Virus record (IMG/VR): IMGVR_UViG_3300009603_000019
Coordinates: 1 to 51,939 of that record
DNA: 51,939 bases
Strand: one strand, 5' to 3'
DNA from: a virus
Lineage: Duplodnaviria > Caudoviricetes
The notes below the pieces were generated by a model. It was not told the origin of the DNA. It did not search any database and worked only from the letters and a program-made list of their open reading frames with translations. The position numbers were made by a program, and so were the translations under genes. Shown in pieces: positions 37,085 through 48,023 of the stretch (its first letter is position 1; every line of letters begins with the position of its first letter).

Positions 37085-37875
37085 ACTTTGGATGGAATGC
37101 AGCCTCAGGTCTTTTGACAAAGGTCTACAGGAGATTCTATAAAAAGAATCCTAGTGAATTGGATAACGACATACGCAATCTCTTCGACCACATAAAAGAA
37201 TACGGCAAGTTCAAGTCACTGGATGTGACAGGATCTGACGTAGAGACTGCGGTAAAGAATTATATCTTCAGCGACGACAACAAGGGAGGGAATGAAGGAG
37301 GTAAGTTCTTCCCTGACATATCATCCATAGTAAACGAATTAAGATATGTCATCATGCATAGAAAGAAAATGCGGGGCGAAGAGATAGCAGACAAGATGGT
37401 TTCCTTTGACGAGAATAAAAACATGGTCACTATTCCCATCAAAGGAACACCCTTAGAACGATGGTTTAAGGAGGACTCCATCGAAGCATTAGGATCTGCT
37501 GGTAGCAAATGTAGTGATTGCTTTGATACGGGAACCATCAGATTTTATTATATTAAAGGCCATGCTCATCATGTATTCGCAGCAAAAGAATGGCTTGACC
37601 TATCCGACAAGGATGAGGCCAAGGCTTCTATGTTCACTTGTGCAATATGTTATTGTGACCATTGTGAGTTGGGCCGTTTAATCTATACACGATTTCAGCA
37701 GAACGATCTCAGACCTCCTCTCTATAGCACCATATTAACCCTTGTAGGAAATCGAAAGAAGCGTAAAAAGGAGAGGGATATAGTGCGGGAAATTGAGGAT
37801 GGGGGAGAGCAAGGTGATATGCTTCACAGTCTTGACGAAGAGGGTGCAGCAATCGATCCTGAAACCAGACTATAG
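37060..37875 (+). CDS. Replication-associated protein candidate (helicase-loader-like N-terminus, Cys/Zn motif)
   Basis: KFFPDISSI motif, CSDCFDTG...CYCDHC. Confidence 0.45.
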   Translation: MDKKSGSLDFGWNAASGLLTKVYRRFYKKNPSELDNDIRNLFDHIKEYGKFKSLDVTGSDVETAVKNYIFSDDNKGGNEGGKFFPDISSIVNELRYVIMHRKKMRGEEIADKMVSFDENKNMVTIPIKGTPLERWFKEDSIEALGSAGSKCSDCFDTGTIRFYYIKGHAHHVFAAKEWLDLSDKDEAKASMFTCAICYCDHCELGRLIYTRFQQNDLRPPLYSTILTLVGNRKKRKKERDIVREIEDGGEQGDMLHSLDEEGAAIDPETRL

Positions 37876-37929
37876 GTAACACGGGAGTGACTGGTTTCCT
37901 CCCCCATTCTCATCACCTTAGGAGATGCT

Positions 37930-38226
37930 ATGTCATCAAAAAGAAGTTATTCTCAGCATAAAAGAAACGTAGGAGCATTAGACCCATACGCTAGGTTGAG
38001 TGGTGCAGTGTATATGGATGCTTTTAACACACTGAGGAAAGCAGTAGACCTCCTCGACATGGATGAATTAAACAAAGAAGCACAAGGCAGGAAGGATAAC
38101 GCCTTAACCTTTTTATATTCTGATAATCCTTTTAGAAAGTATTTGGAAATCAGGGGTCACGAGATGCCGATTCAAAAGGGCATAGATGGGATTATTTTAA
38201 AGAGGGAGGATCGATATGAGTCGTGA
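37930..38226 (+). CDS. Hypothetical protein
   Basis: 98 aa; AGGAG RBS. Confidence 0.65.
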   Translation: MSSKRSYSQHKRNVGALDPYARLSGAVYMDAFNTLRKAVDLLDMDELNKEAQGRKDNALTFLYSDNPFRKYLEIRGHEMPIQKGIDGIILKREDRYES

Positions 38227-38953
38227 TCGTGTAGATGAAGTCTTTCAAGCTTCAGACAAGTACTCTATGGTGATGCTGGATACGCCTAACAAGAAAGGAA
38301 GGAGAAGGCTGGATCAAATAACTCTTGGCGTTATTCACTACACGGGATCGTCCAGCTTAGAAGGCACCCTTGCTTGGTTCCAAGACCCCGAAGCTAAGGT
38401 GTCCGCCCACTATGTCATCGCTGCGGATGGTGCTGTGGTGCAGTTTGGAGACTTAGAAGATGTGTTGTGGCACGCTGGTCGTTCAGAATGGCTGGGCAGG
38501 AAGTGGTGCAACAAGTACAGTATCGGATATGAAGTGGTCTGCGGCCCTAAAGGACGCTTCACCCCATCGCAGATAACGTCATTGCATTACCTGCTAAGGA
38601 TGAACATTCAATCTACAGGAATGACGGCTGTCGTAGGACATGAACACATAAGTCCCGGCAGGAAAATAGATCCCGGTAACTGTGTCAACTGGCACACCGA
38701 TTTTAAATTAAACATAATAGATCCTGACAATCAGTTGGAGTATTTCTCCAACCAGCGAATCGATCATACTGATGTCATAGAAAGGTATTTAAAGGAGGAT
38801 CAAAGTCTGGCATCCAGCAGAAACATTCCTATTGAACACGCCAAAGAATTAAATGAGATGAATCGTGCTAAAGAGATGACCGATGGAAGAGGGGGGTCAG
38901 ACTTCAGTTGGTTGCCCCGCCTCCTCAAGGCTCTCTTTCAACGCAGCGTATAA
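38216..38953 (+). CDS. N-acetylmuramoyl-L-alanine amidase (Amidase_2, AmpD-like) endolysin
   Basis: VIHYTG, VSAHYVI, WHAG, SIGYE, GHEHISPGRKIDPG. Confidence 0.93.
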   Translation: MSRDRVDEVFQASDKYSMVMLDTPNKKGRRRLDQITLGVIHYTGSSSLEGTLAWFQDPEAKVSAHYVIAADGAVVQFGDLEDVLWHAGRSEWLGRKWCNKYSIGYEVVCGPKGRFTPSQITSLHYLLRMNIQSTGMTAVVGHEHISPGRKIDPGNCVNWHTDFKLNIIDPDNQLEYFSNQRIDHTDVIERYLKEDQSLASSRNIPIEHAKELNEMNRAKEMTDGRGGSDFSWLPRLLKALFQRSV

Positions 38954-39238
38954 CTCTACGAAGCGACCCCACGGTAACACAACCGTGGGGTCTGCATTAT
39001 TCCTTTTGAGAATTAAACAATCATTATCCCCCAACCATTCCTCGATCTGCTTAAACCCCCCTCCGTTCTTCCTCGCTTTAACCTCCGCTATCCACCCTCC
39101 GAAGCTTATATCACCCGTGTAAGAGCCTCCTGCGGCCCCTGAGAGGGGAACGCGCTCAGCCCCTATCCCTGCCTCGTTCAGCCTATGCACAATCTCACGC
39201 TCTACGCGCAAACCCTTGTTGCGCTCACTCCGTCCCAA
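38897..39238 (-). CDS. Hjc-like Holliday junction resolvase
   Basis: KG.R.ERE, ERVPLSGA, GDI, AEVKAR. Confidence 0.85.
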   Translation of the reverse strand: MGRSERNKGLRVEREIVHRLNEAGIGAERVPLSGAAGGSYTGDISFGGWIAEVKARKNGGGFKQIEEWLGDNDCLILKRNNADPTVVLPWGRFVELYAALKESLEEAGQPTEV

Positions 39239-42200
39239 TGTTCAATCCCATTAGCTTAGCTCGCTTTCTGATTCGCCCCTTGATTTCAGCCACTCTCTTA
39301 CTGCCCTTCTTTTGAAACTCAAACCGTCTATGCCGCACCACAGCATCCACGTCAACCGTTCGTATTGGTACCCCCGCCACTCTGCCCCACACTTCCAACG
39401 GGGACTTACCCTTTGATAGATCTCTCGTAATAGACTTGATTTTAGAAGCAGGGGGCAATAGAGAATTTACTAAATGATCCATGTTAGGTCCATAGATGGC
39501 CGTTAAGTCTATATCCCCTACAAAGGTAGGATCATCTGCACCATACTCCTTTCTGATGGGCGCACCCGTCATCGTTTTCTCATTAGCCACTAGCTCATAG
39601 GTTGTCTTTAGTATGGGATGCATCCTCCCTATCCAAGCGTTCAAGTCTAAGATGCCCTCTGCTGTTTCTATGTCCAGATATGGTAGATCTGGCACGGCAT
39701 AGGTAGGCTGGTGGTCAATCATAAAAGGCAATCGTGTCGCTAGGTTCTCTTTAAAATAATCTGGAGTGGCAGGATCGTCTTGATACTCAACCTGAGACAA
39801 CTCGCCCAACTCCGCACGGGCCTTAGCTGCACTGGCATACTTGGCGGGACGATTGATGATAGATTCTATTTGCAGAGGAATATTCTTTCTTAACCATGTG
39901 TAGAAAGGAATGATGTTCCTCATAACATTTTTCTCAAAGTCGGTCAGTTCACTGTAGTCGAACAAATATTTTTTGACGTTGAATGCCGCCTCTGCCCCCG
40001 TCATTCCATCCAACATAGACTGTATGAACAAAGCCCCTCTGGCATTGTGTTCCGTAATACGTGCTGCCCCTCTTGTAAAACGCAGGTAAGCGTTATTGCC
40101 AAGAACCCTCTTCAACCCCTCCGCACTCAATGGGACTCTACGCTCCCCCGTGGCGGGATCTTTCCAACCCCTCGTTACTGTCTCCCCCTCCAACCCAAAT
40201 AGATAGTTCTTAGCCCGTTGACCAACCCCCGCTTCATGGGGGTCTTCTATCTGACCTAACTCCACCATCTGACTAAACAACTCACCCTTCTCTGGCTCAG
40301 CCTCGACCCCCTGACCAAGGAGATTGTTTATCTTCTGCTTAACCTCCATTGGCAATTCGTCAGGCAACAGTTTCTCCATGCCATTCGTCTCATAGATCTC
40401 CTTCATAGAGATCGTAAGCCTTTCAATGGCTGAGATATGATTGCTGGATAAGCCTACAGGTTTTAATGCCCCCTCCAAGATATACTTCTCTATGGCCAAT
40501 GCGAACTTCTCCTCCGCATTGACCTTTTCCCCCGGCAAGGGATCTGGGTCAGGCCACATGATCTGATCGACAAAATCACGGGTATCATCCTCACTGAATT
40601 GACGACCCAACGGTCTTGCCTCCCCATAAGCATCCTCGCTGAATGCCTCAAGACGCTTCTTCACCAAGTCCCTGCCCTTCGGCTCTCCCATCCCAAAGAT
40701 CCATCGATTGATGACATCCTTATCCCCATTCTCCAGCAAGTTGGATCGACGCGCCAAGTGCGCCAACTCATGGATCATCGTAGAGACATCACCACTCTTG
40801 AAAGCCACTATGGTTGCCCTGCCACTATCTAAAAAGTTGGTAAGTCCTTTGATCTTCTCTATTTCCCCTGACTTTTCCTTCTGGAAGAAGGTCATGCCGC
40901 CATTAAGAGCCTTGTTCGACAAGTCTTCGGAGATGTCTATGGCATTATACTTTCCCGTTTCATGTTCTATTGTAGACAATTTTAATGAAGGTCTTTCACC
41001 CACTGCCTTGGCAGGATCAGCAAGGTCATCTGCTTTTGCATCGACTCGATGGATAATCTTCCGAAAGGTATCACCTACCCCACCGCGTTCATTATTCTTG
41101 ATATAACGATCAGCCACTCTTTGATATTCATACTTAGCTACCGCTGCTGGACCCCAAGCCTGTGCTGTTGCTACTTGCTTCAGATTTGAGGCCCAGATTA
41201 TCTTTTTATAACCACCTTTTGCCGCCTCTTGTATAAGCAACTTTTGAGCTACCATAGGAAATGTGCCGGGACTCAGTGGAATTCCCCAACCACCCATATT
41301 CTCTTCGACACCTTGAAAATAATCACTTTGCAATTCGTGTAATACTAAATACTTATCATCATTATCAGGGTTGGGGTAATAATCACTTATTTTATAATGA
41401 CCTATAGCATTCTGTCTTGTCGAATATGGGGAAAAAGGCTCTTCTCCAAGCTCTGTGTATCCCGACCTTCTCGCACCAGACTGTGTCGCATCATCTATCA
41501 TAAATGGTCCCTCCTCAAGCACCTCTTCAAAGCGGGCCTTAGGACCTAAATCATGTTGAACGGCTTGCACGAAACCTTGGTCTAACCCTTCTGCTGCCAA
41601 CCTGTACTCATCAATACTTGCACCGGGTGATGGCATTCCTTCTGCCACTATGTATCCTGTTCTAAATCCAACATCTGAACGACCCCTAGATTCACCTAGG
41701 TAAGCCGCTCCTTGCGCCCTCTTCGCCGCTTCCTTAGCACGAGCCTCATCACGAGGATCGTCTAACTCCCATGGATCATAACGGATGTCATCTTCTGTTT
41801 GAAGTAACTCATCTTTTCTCCTTGCCGATAGGACTGCTTCCTTGCTGGTGATTGGAAGTTGTTTTTTATGGATGTTGTGAGGCCTCATATACGCCCCACT
41901 TGAATTTTGTCTAAACCAATAACCAGCCGCCCCTTCTTTAACCCTAGAGAGCTTAATAGAATTTTGAAGAATGATATCTGGAAACGCGAACATTGGCTTT
42001 TCAAGTCGTTGCCCTACTGTCACTATATTTTGTAGGGCTTCCGATATGAGAGCAGATGAATTATCCAATCCAAATTTCGGCTCTTCTAGATCCCTCATTC
42101 TTATAGTAGACTCTTGCAACTTCCCTCCAACTCCCCGGCGATACTTAGCTCCTGTTCTCGGTTCCAGAGCGGTGGGCAACTTATGTCCAGCCACCGGGTC

Positions 42201-45200
42201 CGCTGCATAAAAAACATTTTTATCTAACGAGCCATTTTTTATCATCTGGTCTATCAACACTTCAGATAGGTCAGATCGTATCGTTAGGTCTAAGGGTTCT
42301 GTAAAATCCTTTGTATTTGCGGGATTCAAAATTCGCCAAATGATCTGATCGTTTTTATTAGAAGGATTTAATCGTATCCTCATGGGAGAAGTAGCATAAC
42401 GTATATCATCTTGATAGCTTGATGGCTCTCTAAATGTGTGTCCAAAAGAGCTTTCTGTAGTAGGCTCTCCCGATGCAGTTAGTGGAGAACCCTTCCCGTA
42501 GAAATCTGCCTCCCCCTTAGTTAACCCCGATGAGGGTTCAAGTCCCCAACGATGAGAAAGGCGCGGTGACAATTGAGGAAGTCTGTGTCCAAATATTATT
42601 TGACCGTCATCCAAGCGTTGCTCCAATGCTAATTCCCCATTGGGGCTTAACATTTGTCCCTGCGAAAGCTCTGCTGGCCTTACGCGAAATAGACCACGAT
42701 CCATAGCGTTTACTAAATTGTTCTTTGTAATCTTTTGATTGGGAAAGTTTTCAACCGCATAATTCAACCAATCGTCAAACATCATAAATTCTTCACCTTC
42801 GCCGGGATGTCGTAAGGAAGTCCACTCTTTTTCTTTTGCCAGTCTTCTTGGATCATCTGGCCAAGCCTTGCCCTTCTTTTCTGTTTCAACCAGTCTCGTT
42901 TTAGGTATATTGGTTCTGCTGCCCTCAATTACGGGACCAAGCTTTTTCTTTAACTCTGCAAAGGTAAGCATCTGCTCCCCACTCTCATCTTTGCGCCATA
43001 TGGATTTCTTACGCTTGGATTCCTCCTCAACAAAAGAGGCCATCATACTACGCAATGCTGGCATCGCCTCCGTCTTCTCGTCCCACCATGGTTTCCATCC
43101 CGAATCATCCGTAGCTGCCTGAGGAAGGACATCAAAAATGTTTTGCTCCACATACTTGGACTTGACCTGATTGAAATCACTAAACCCTTCGATGGTAAGT
43201 TTATTCCACCACTCTGCCGGGACACCCCCACTATACCACGCCCACTGTCTGGCCATGCCATCGTATAATTCGGCTAGGGCATGAGCCTCCTCTTTTGAAA
43301 TCTCCTCATTCTTGATGCTGGCAAACACCTCCTGTATGTGTCGGGTAGCATTGTTGACCCGCTCTTTTGTATCACCCCACGATGGCATCCCCTGTATCCC
43401 CTCACGGATAGCCCCGACAGGAATAGTTCTGGCACTGTGGTAAATGCCATAGGCAGCACTCTCCACACCAGCCAGTTCAGCCATCTCATTCGTGCTAAAC
43501 GTCTGGGCGAATATACCGTGTTTGTCCATCTCACTTCTCATGTCCTTGAGACTTAAGACTCTTCCATCTTTCAGCTTGAACTTATAATCTTGAATAACCT
43601 TAGGACCACCCACCTTGAATTCTACATAAGACCTTAGTCCGCGAGGCATGTTGTCTGTACCACCCCATTGGAGCATAGCTGCCTCAAGGTAACGCACTGG
43701 ATTCGTTACGCCAGCTACGTAGTTGGTGAATATATTCGATTGGACATTACGCGCTACGTAACCCCAACTGCCTAAAGCCCATTGCCGCCATAGAGTTGTC
43801 CCCATCTGCCACTGTTTCCAAAGCTTAGACCACCCTCCAGACTTCGACACATCTACAGCCCCCTCCATAAGTTCATTAGTAGTCTTAAGGGCATTGACCA
43901 TATCCTTGGGCATGGCGTAAAAAACAGCCCCCTCACCCTTCCACTCTCCCGCTGGAGAATAGAAATCAAAACCCTTTGATAAAAACTTCTTATGCAGAGG
44001 ATGTGCTTTATCTGTAGCTATAGCCATATCTACAGGGATGGTAAGCGTCCTGTCGTTGAGTATATACTCCTGAAACTTCTTTGTATTTCTCAATCTCAAA
44101 GACTCAAAGGAGCGATTCCCATACAACAATGCATAGTCCATTTCAGAAGGACTCAATCCCAGCAGCTTACTATACAGATCTTTATATGTAGCTTTGTTTT
44201 GAAATGTAGCTTTTACGTCTCCCTCCATATGAGAGAAAAAACTCTGCCTACCCTCAGATGACATGATCTTCTGCATTATATGCTCTATGTCCGCTTCACT
44301 ATCCATGCTTGTTTCAAGAAATCGGCGCATAGTGCGTTCGCCAGAAGCACTTAGGGGGGCTCGACTTGGCAAGTAATCGCTTCTCAATTCTGTTTGATCT
44401 AAGAGGCCATGTTTTAAATCTTTATCTGTCATCTCTTTGGTAAGAGACTTAACGAGATTCAACATCTCGTACATCTTTTCCTTGAAATCAGCATCCCCCG
44501 GCCCCTCGTCAATCATTCTCTTTGCCGACTTCGTATTGGCTGCAAGGAGACTCATAGCATACCGTGCATCCAGACCGTACACCTTAGTCATGTGCAGCAT
44601 CGCATTCTTAATAGCTTGTGATTCAGAAGCACTATCAAGAGAAGCCTTGTTAACAAACCCTAAGTATTTGGAGGCATTGTTTTGGATAGACTCATCAAGA
44701 GCCTCATCTGACAAACCCGTAAGATGCTCCACCAACTCTCCCTTATCTACGTTAGCACCTTGTGCGCCAGCTATTTCTTCTGCATTCTCTTTTAAAAACT
44801 TTCTGAAAGTAGCAGCCGTCGCTGGATTCTGTAGCCTCTTGATCACATTATTTTGAATAAACAGCCCGCCAAATCCCCTTTTCGGTAGATGGGCATCCAG
44901 TTTCCCCATAGTACTAAGGACCAGATTGACATGATTAGAAACCCCCTCTGGCACCGTGTACCCTTCCTCTCGTAAGCTTGGAATAACCTTGCCAAGCTTC
45001 GTCCTGCGTGGCTCTAATAAAGCTTTCTCAGCGGCTGTCTCCTCCATATCAAAAATACGCAACTGCTCATGCATATCCTCTTCAATGAAGGGCTTGCCTG
45101 ATTCGTCTGTCGCACCAATTTTCTTTTCAAGATCTTCTTCTAGATTGGCTCTTCGTATGGCCACATCTTGCTGTGGATCAGCAAGTTTCGTATTCAACGC

Positions 45201-46091
45201 CTTCCTTGCCCTGAACTCTGCTTCTACCGTTGTCTCCACGCCCCTTAGAAATCGCCCTCCCTTAAGGGCTCTTGCGCCCTTTCCTATAAACCCAACGCCC
45301 GTATACGTCAGTGGATCAAGCATTATATCTGCTAGCAGGCCTAGTGCGGCTAGCTGATAATTTTCAGCCGAAGATAGGGGTATGGTATTCAGCCGCGCTG
45401 CCTCTGACGTACGATAATCCTTATCCGCCACCACCCTTATTAAATCACCCCACTTCATCATTGCCTCCCAAGGATTCGTCGCTCTAGTCTCCTCGTATAT
45501 CCCAAAACCAGCATCTAATAATTTTTTACCAATAATTCCATTGTTGGATCTAAGGATCTGACCCCACTCTGCACGGTAGGCGGGCCTATTGAGTATAGAT
45601 CCATATTCTGGATCATAATCGTCATCAAAGGTATAACGCAACTCGCTCAAAGATTGTTTGAAAGCTTCCCCTACATCACCCGTCCTCATCATCTCCAGCA
45701 CCCCACCCGTAATCATATACAGAGGCGTTTGAAGAACATCAACCGTTGTTTGTAGGAGCCCCTCCGTTTTATGTCTTTTTGAGTCAAGAGCAATTTCGTC
45801 GGAGAAATCATCCAGATAGTTCTCACCCGGCTCTATATCGCCCGTCAAGATGCCCTGCTGCGTCAACATTCCCTCTGGTCCCATAGTCTGTATATTGCGC
45901 TGGCTAGAGGTTAACGCACTCCTCTCGCTTCTATTTTGATTGCGCCTTGTAAGAGCATCGATGTCACGGGTAACCCTATAGCCGGGGAACTGCGTTGACT
46001 CAAGAGATACAAAATCATCCGACAATGGATAGCCCTGCTGCCGCTGCTGATCTGAGACAGACTCTCTGATTAAATCGGTAAAAATGGCCAT
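39225..46091 (-). CDS. Giant internal virion / large polyvalent protein
   Basis: 2288 aa; DPLTY N-terminal motif, ELQSD, DVSTMIHELAH...EEKFA...Y..EG, C-terminal FDYSELT...IPFYTW.RKN. Confidence 0.75.
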   Translation of the reverse strand: MAIFTDLIRESVSDQQRQQGYPLSDDFVSLESTQFPGYRVTRDIDALTRRNQNRSERSALTSSQRNIQTMGPEGMLTQQGILTGDIEPGENYLDDFSDEIALDSKRHKTEGLLQTTVDVLQTPLYMITGGVLEMMRTGDVGEAFKQSLSELRYTFDDDYDPEYGSILNRPAYRAEWGQILRSNNGIIGKKLLDAGFGIYEETRATNPWEAMMKWGDLIRVVADKDYRTSEAARLNTIPLSSAENYQLAALGLLADIMLDPLTYTGVGFIGKGARALKGGRFLRGVETTVEAEFRARKALNTKLADPQQDVAIRRANLEEDLEKKIGATDESGKPFIEEDMHEQLRIFDMEETAAEKALLEPRRTKLGKVIPSLREEGYTVPEGVSNHVNLVLSTMGKLDAHLPKRGFGGLFIQNNVIKRLQNPATAATFRKFLKENAEEIAGAQGANVDKGELVEHLTGLSDEALDESIQNNASKYLGFVNKASLDSASESQAIKNAMLHMTKVYGLDARYAMSLLAANTKSAKRMIDEGPGDADFKEKMYEMLNLVKSLTKEMTDKDLKHGLLDQTELRSDYLPSRAPLSASGERTMRRFLETSMDSEADIEHIMQKIMSSEGRQSFFSHMEGDVKATFQNKATYKDLYSKLLGLSPSEMDYALLYGNRSFESLRLRNTKKFQEYILNDRTLTIPVDMAIATDKAHPLHKKFLSKGFDFYSPAGEWKGEGAVFYAMPKDMVNALKTTNELMEGAVDVSKSGGWSKLWKQWQMGTTLWRQWALGSWGYVARNVQSNIFTNYVAGVTNPVRYLEAAMLQWGGTDNMPRGLRSYVEFKVGGPKVIQDYKFKLKDGRVLSLKDMRSEMDKHGIFAQTFSTNEMAELAGVESAAYGIYHSARTIPVGAIREGIQGMPSWGDTKERVNNATRHIQEVFASIKNEEISKEEAHALAELYDGMARQWAWYSGGVPAEWWNKLTIEGFSDFNQVKSKYVEQNIFDVLPQAATDDSGWKPWWDEKTEAMPALRSMMASFVEEESKRKKSIWRKDESGEQMLTFAELKKKLGPVIEGSRTNIPKTRLVETEKKGKAWPDDPRRLAKEKEWTSLRHPGEGEEFMMFDDWLNYAVENFPNQKITKNNLVNAMDRGLFRVRPAELSQGQMLSPNGELALEQRLDDGQIIFGHRLPQLSPRLSHRWGLEPSSGLTKGEADFYGKGSPLTASGEPTTESSFGHTFREPSSYQDDIRYATSPMRIRLNPSNKNDQIIWRILNPANTKDFTEPLDLTIRSDLSEVLIDQMIKNGSLDKNVFYAADPVAGHKLPTALEPRTGAKYRRGVGGKLQESTIRMRDLEEPKFGLDNSSALISEALQNIVTVGQRLEKPMFAFPDIILQNSIKLSRVKEGAAGYWFRQNSSGAYMRPHNIHKKQLPITSKEAVLSARRKDELLQTEDDIRYDPWELDDPRDEARAKEAAKRAQGAAYLGESRGRSDVGFRTGYIVAEGMPSPGASIDEYRLAAEGLDQGFVQAVQHDLGPKARFEEVLEEGPFMIDDATQSGARRSGYTELGEEPFSPYSTRQNAIGHYKISDYYPNPDNDDKYLVLHELQSDYFQGVEENMGGWGIPLSPGTFPMVAQKLLIQEAAKGGYKKIIWASNLKQVATAQAWGPAAVAKYEYQRVADRYIKNNERGGVGDTFRKIIHRVDAKADDLADPAKAVGERPSLKLSTIEHETGKYNAIDISEDLSNKALNGGMTFFQKEKSGEIEKIKGLTNFLDSGRATIVAFKSGDVSTMIHELAHLARRSNLLENGDKDVINRWIFGMGEPKGRDLVKKRLEAFSEDAYGEARPLGRQFSEDDTRDFVDQIMWPDPDPLPGEKVNAEEKFALAIEKYILEGALKPVGLSSNHISAIERLTISMKEIYETNGMEKLLPDELPMEVKQKINNLLGQGVEAEPEKGELFSQMVELGQIEDPHEAGVGQRAKNYLFGLEGETVTRGWKDPATGERRVPLSAEGLKRVLGNNAYLRFTRGAARITEHNARGALFIQSMLDGMTGAEAAFNVKKYLFDYSELTDFEKNVMRNIIPFYTWLRKNIPLQIESIINRPAKYASAAKARAELGELSQVEYQDDPATPDYFKENLATRLPFMIDHQPTYAVPDLPYLDIETAEGILDLNAWIGRMHPILKTTYELVANEKTMTGAPIRKEYGADDPTFVGDIDLTAIYGPNMDHLVNSLLPPASKIKSITRDLSKGKSPLEVWGRVAGVPIRTVDVDAVVRHRRFEFQKKGSKRVAEIKGRIRKRAKLMGLNIGTE

Positions 46092-46104
46092 TTTATAACC
46101 CTAG

Positions 46105-47985
46105 TTATAGAGTTGTTACGGATTGCACGTTAGATGGTCTAGTCTTTACTCCCTCAAGGTGATCAAAGGATTTGTCAGTAAGAGAATTACCGCTTCCACT
46201 ACGACCCCTACCTCCTGACGGAGATGCTCCCGCCTGAATCCTTCCCCTTCCCCTTCCAGTGGCAATCCTTTTCTCCTCTTTTTCCTTCTCTGCTTCTTTC
46301 TCTTTATCAAAGCTTAAGTCAGGCCAGTAAAGTGATAGAGCGTTAAACAACTCATCCACTCTACGTATAGCCTCATCACGAATCTCCGCATTCGTCACGC
46401 CGTCCCCTATTTTTACTTTTAAAGCATTTTTTAATTTATTTCTCTTTCCTTCCGTGGCAACTGCCGCATTTTTTGCCATAGACTTTACTGTCATTTCATC
46501 CAACTGACTGAATCCCGGCAGGTCTGTTAGCTCAAAGGCATTTAACATACCGCCAAGCCCCATCATAGCAGACTCAGTAAATTTTGGCTCATGGGTATGT
46601 ATCTGTTGCGCTACCCTATCCCTTTCCCAAGAACTCAGAAATTTAATATCACCAAGAAAGCCTAATACTTCGTCTTTGCCATAAGCTCCAGCATCAATCA
46701 GGCCAGTATACTGCTTTGCCATCCTATCGGGTAAATTATCGGCAGTGCCTACGGGTATCTGGAGTTCTAATGACCTGTCCCATTCAAATCGATCAACCAT
46801 CCATTTCTCTATCCCAAACGCAGTGGGGTTGTTTTCTATATCCCTAATAGCCTTATTCATTGCTTCCAAAAAATTTGTAAATCGTCCACCTTGCATATGA
46901 ATTTTTGCTTGAGCTAGAATTGTTTGTGATACCCGAGACTTTGATTCTATTGCCATAGAGCTAAACTTATTTTTGATATTTCTTATAAGTAACTCTTTTT
47001 TAGACTCTCCTATGTTCGGATTCTTTAATAGGTCATCATACACGCGAGTCAATGTCCCATAGTCCCTAGCCCCTTCTATATCAAGAGTTGTTATCTCACC
47101 CGCCTGTATACTTTCATGCTCAGATACTATATTGTTGAGAGTTGGACTATCCCCTGCAAACACATATGCTTGATCCACATCCCCAACCTTTAGTGCGTTC
47201 AGGATTTTTTCTCTCATAGCACTCGATATTCGAGCTTGTTGCACTGAAGGTGTGTAATAAGTGCCTCCTTGTTGGTTCATCAACTGTATGGCATAATCAT
47301 AATTCTCGTTCTTTAGGGCAATCTCGACTGTCGCATCATAATCTTCTCTGCCCATAAGATATTTATTATACCCCGAACTATGTGCGTTGACCTTTTCTAA
47401 TTGTCTCTCTATATCATCTAGTCGTTCGTTGTATAAGGCAATCGTCTTATCATCGGCACCGTATTCAAAGTTCGGGTCTTCCATTACTGCAAGAATATTC
47501 TCTTTGGTGCCTTCAAGTTGTCCTACTATATCTTGGAAGGTTTCTGCATTTGTACCACCAGCTTGTAACTGCCGATAGTTTTGACTCTCCAGCGACTTAG
47601 AAAAATCTAAAGCTACATCTGCCAGACGAAAACTTTGTTCAGATTTCTGATGTATATTATCTACAATAAATCTTATCTGAGATTGAGCTTCGTCATAAAG
47701 AGGATCGTCTTCGCCAAATTCATCAGCCAGACCTTGTAAATTTCTAGTCTGCCCCAACTCCTCAAGAAGACGCAATCTCCCTTCATACTCTCTTTGCTCC
47801 TCTTCCTCTTCGCGTGCATACTCACGACTCTCACCTAGCAACCTCTCCTGATACTCACGCTTTTCCAGCATTTGCCCTCTCTCATATTGACGCTCCATAT
47901 TCCGCGTATAGAGAGGGACAAAGGTTTCTGCTGCACCTTCAGCAAAACCTCCAGCAAAGTCACCAAGCTTATCTAGAAAAGACAT
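46105..47985 (-). CDS. Internal virion (ejection) protein candidate
   Basis: 626 aa, helical; N-terminal FAGGFAEGAA; lies between two giant genes. Confidence 0.65.
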   Translation of the reverse strand: MSFLDKLGDFAGGFAEGAAETFVPLYTRNMERQYERGQMLEKREYQERLLGESREYAREEEEEQREYEGRLRLLEELGQTRNLQGLADEFGEDDPLYDEAQSQIRFIVDNIHQKSEQSFRLADVALDFSKSLESQNYRQLQAGGTNAETFQDIVGQLEGTKENILAVMEDPNFEYGADDKTIALYNERLDDIERQLEKVNAHSSGYNKYLMGREDYDATVEIALKNENYDYAIQLMNQQGGTYYTPSVQQARISSAMREKILNALKVGDVDQAYVFAGDSPTLNNIVSEHESIQAGEITTLDIEGARDYGTLTRVYDDLLKNPNIGESKKELLIRNIKNKFSSMAIESKSRVSQTILAQAKIHMQGGRFTNFLEAMNKAIRDIENNPTAFGIEKWMVDRFEWDRSLELQIPVGTADNLPDRMAKQYTGLIDAGAYGKDEVLGFLGDIKFLSSWERDRVAQQIHTHEPKFTESAMMGLGGMLNAFELTDLPGFSQLDEMTVKSMAKNAAVATEGKRNKLKNALKVKIGDGVTNAEIRDEAIRRVDELFNALSLYWPDLSFDKEKEAEKEKEEKRIATGRGRGRIQAGASPSGGRGRSGSGNSLTDKSFDHLEGVKTRPSNVQSVTTL

Positions 47986-48023
47986 TGTATACTCCAGTAT
48001 TTATCACAGTTATGCTACTATAT

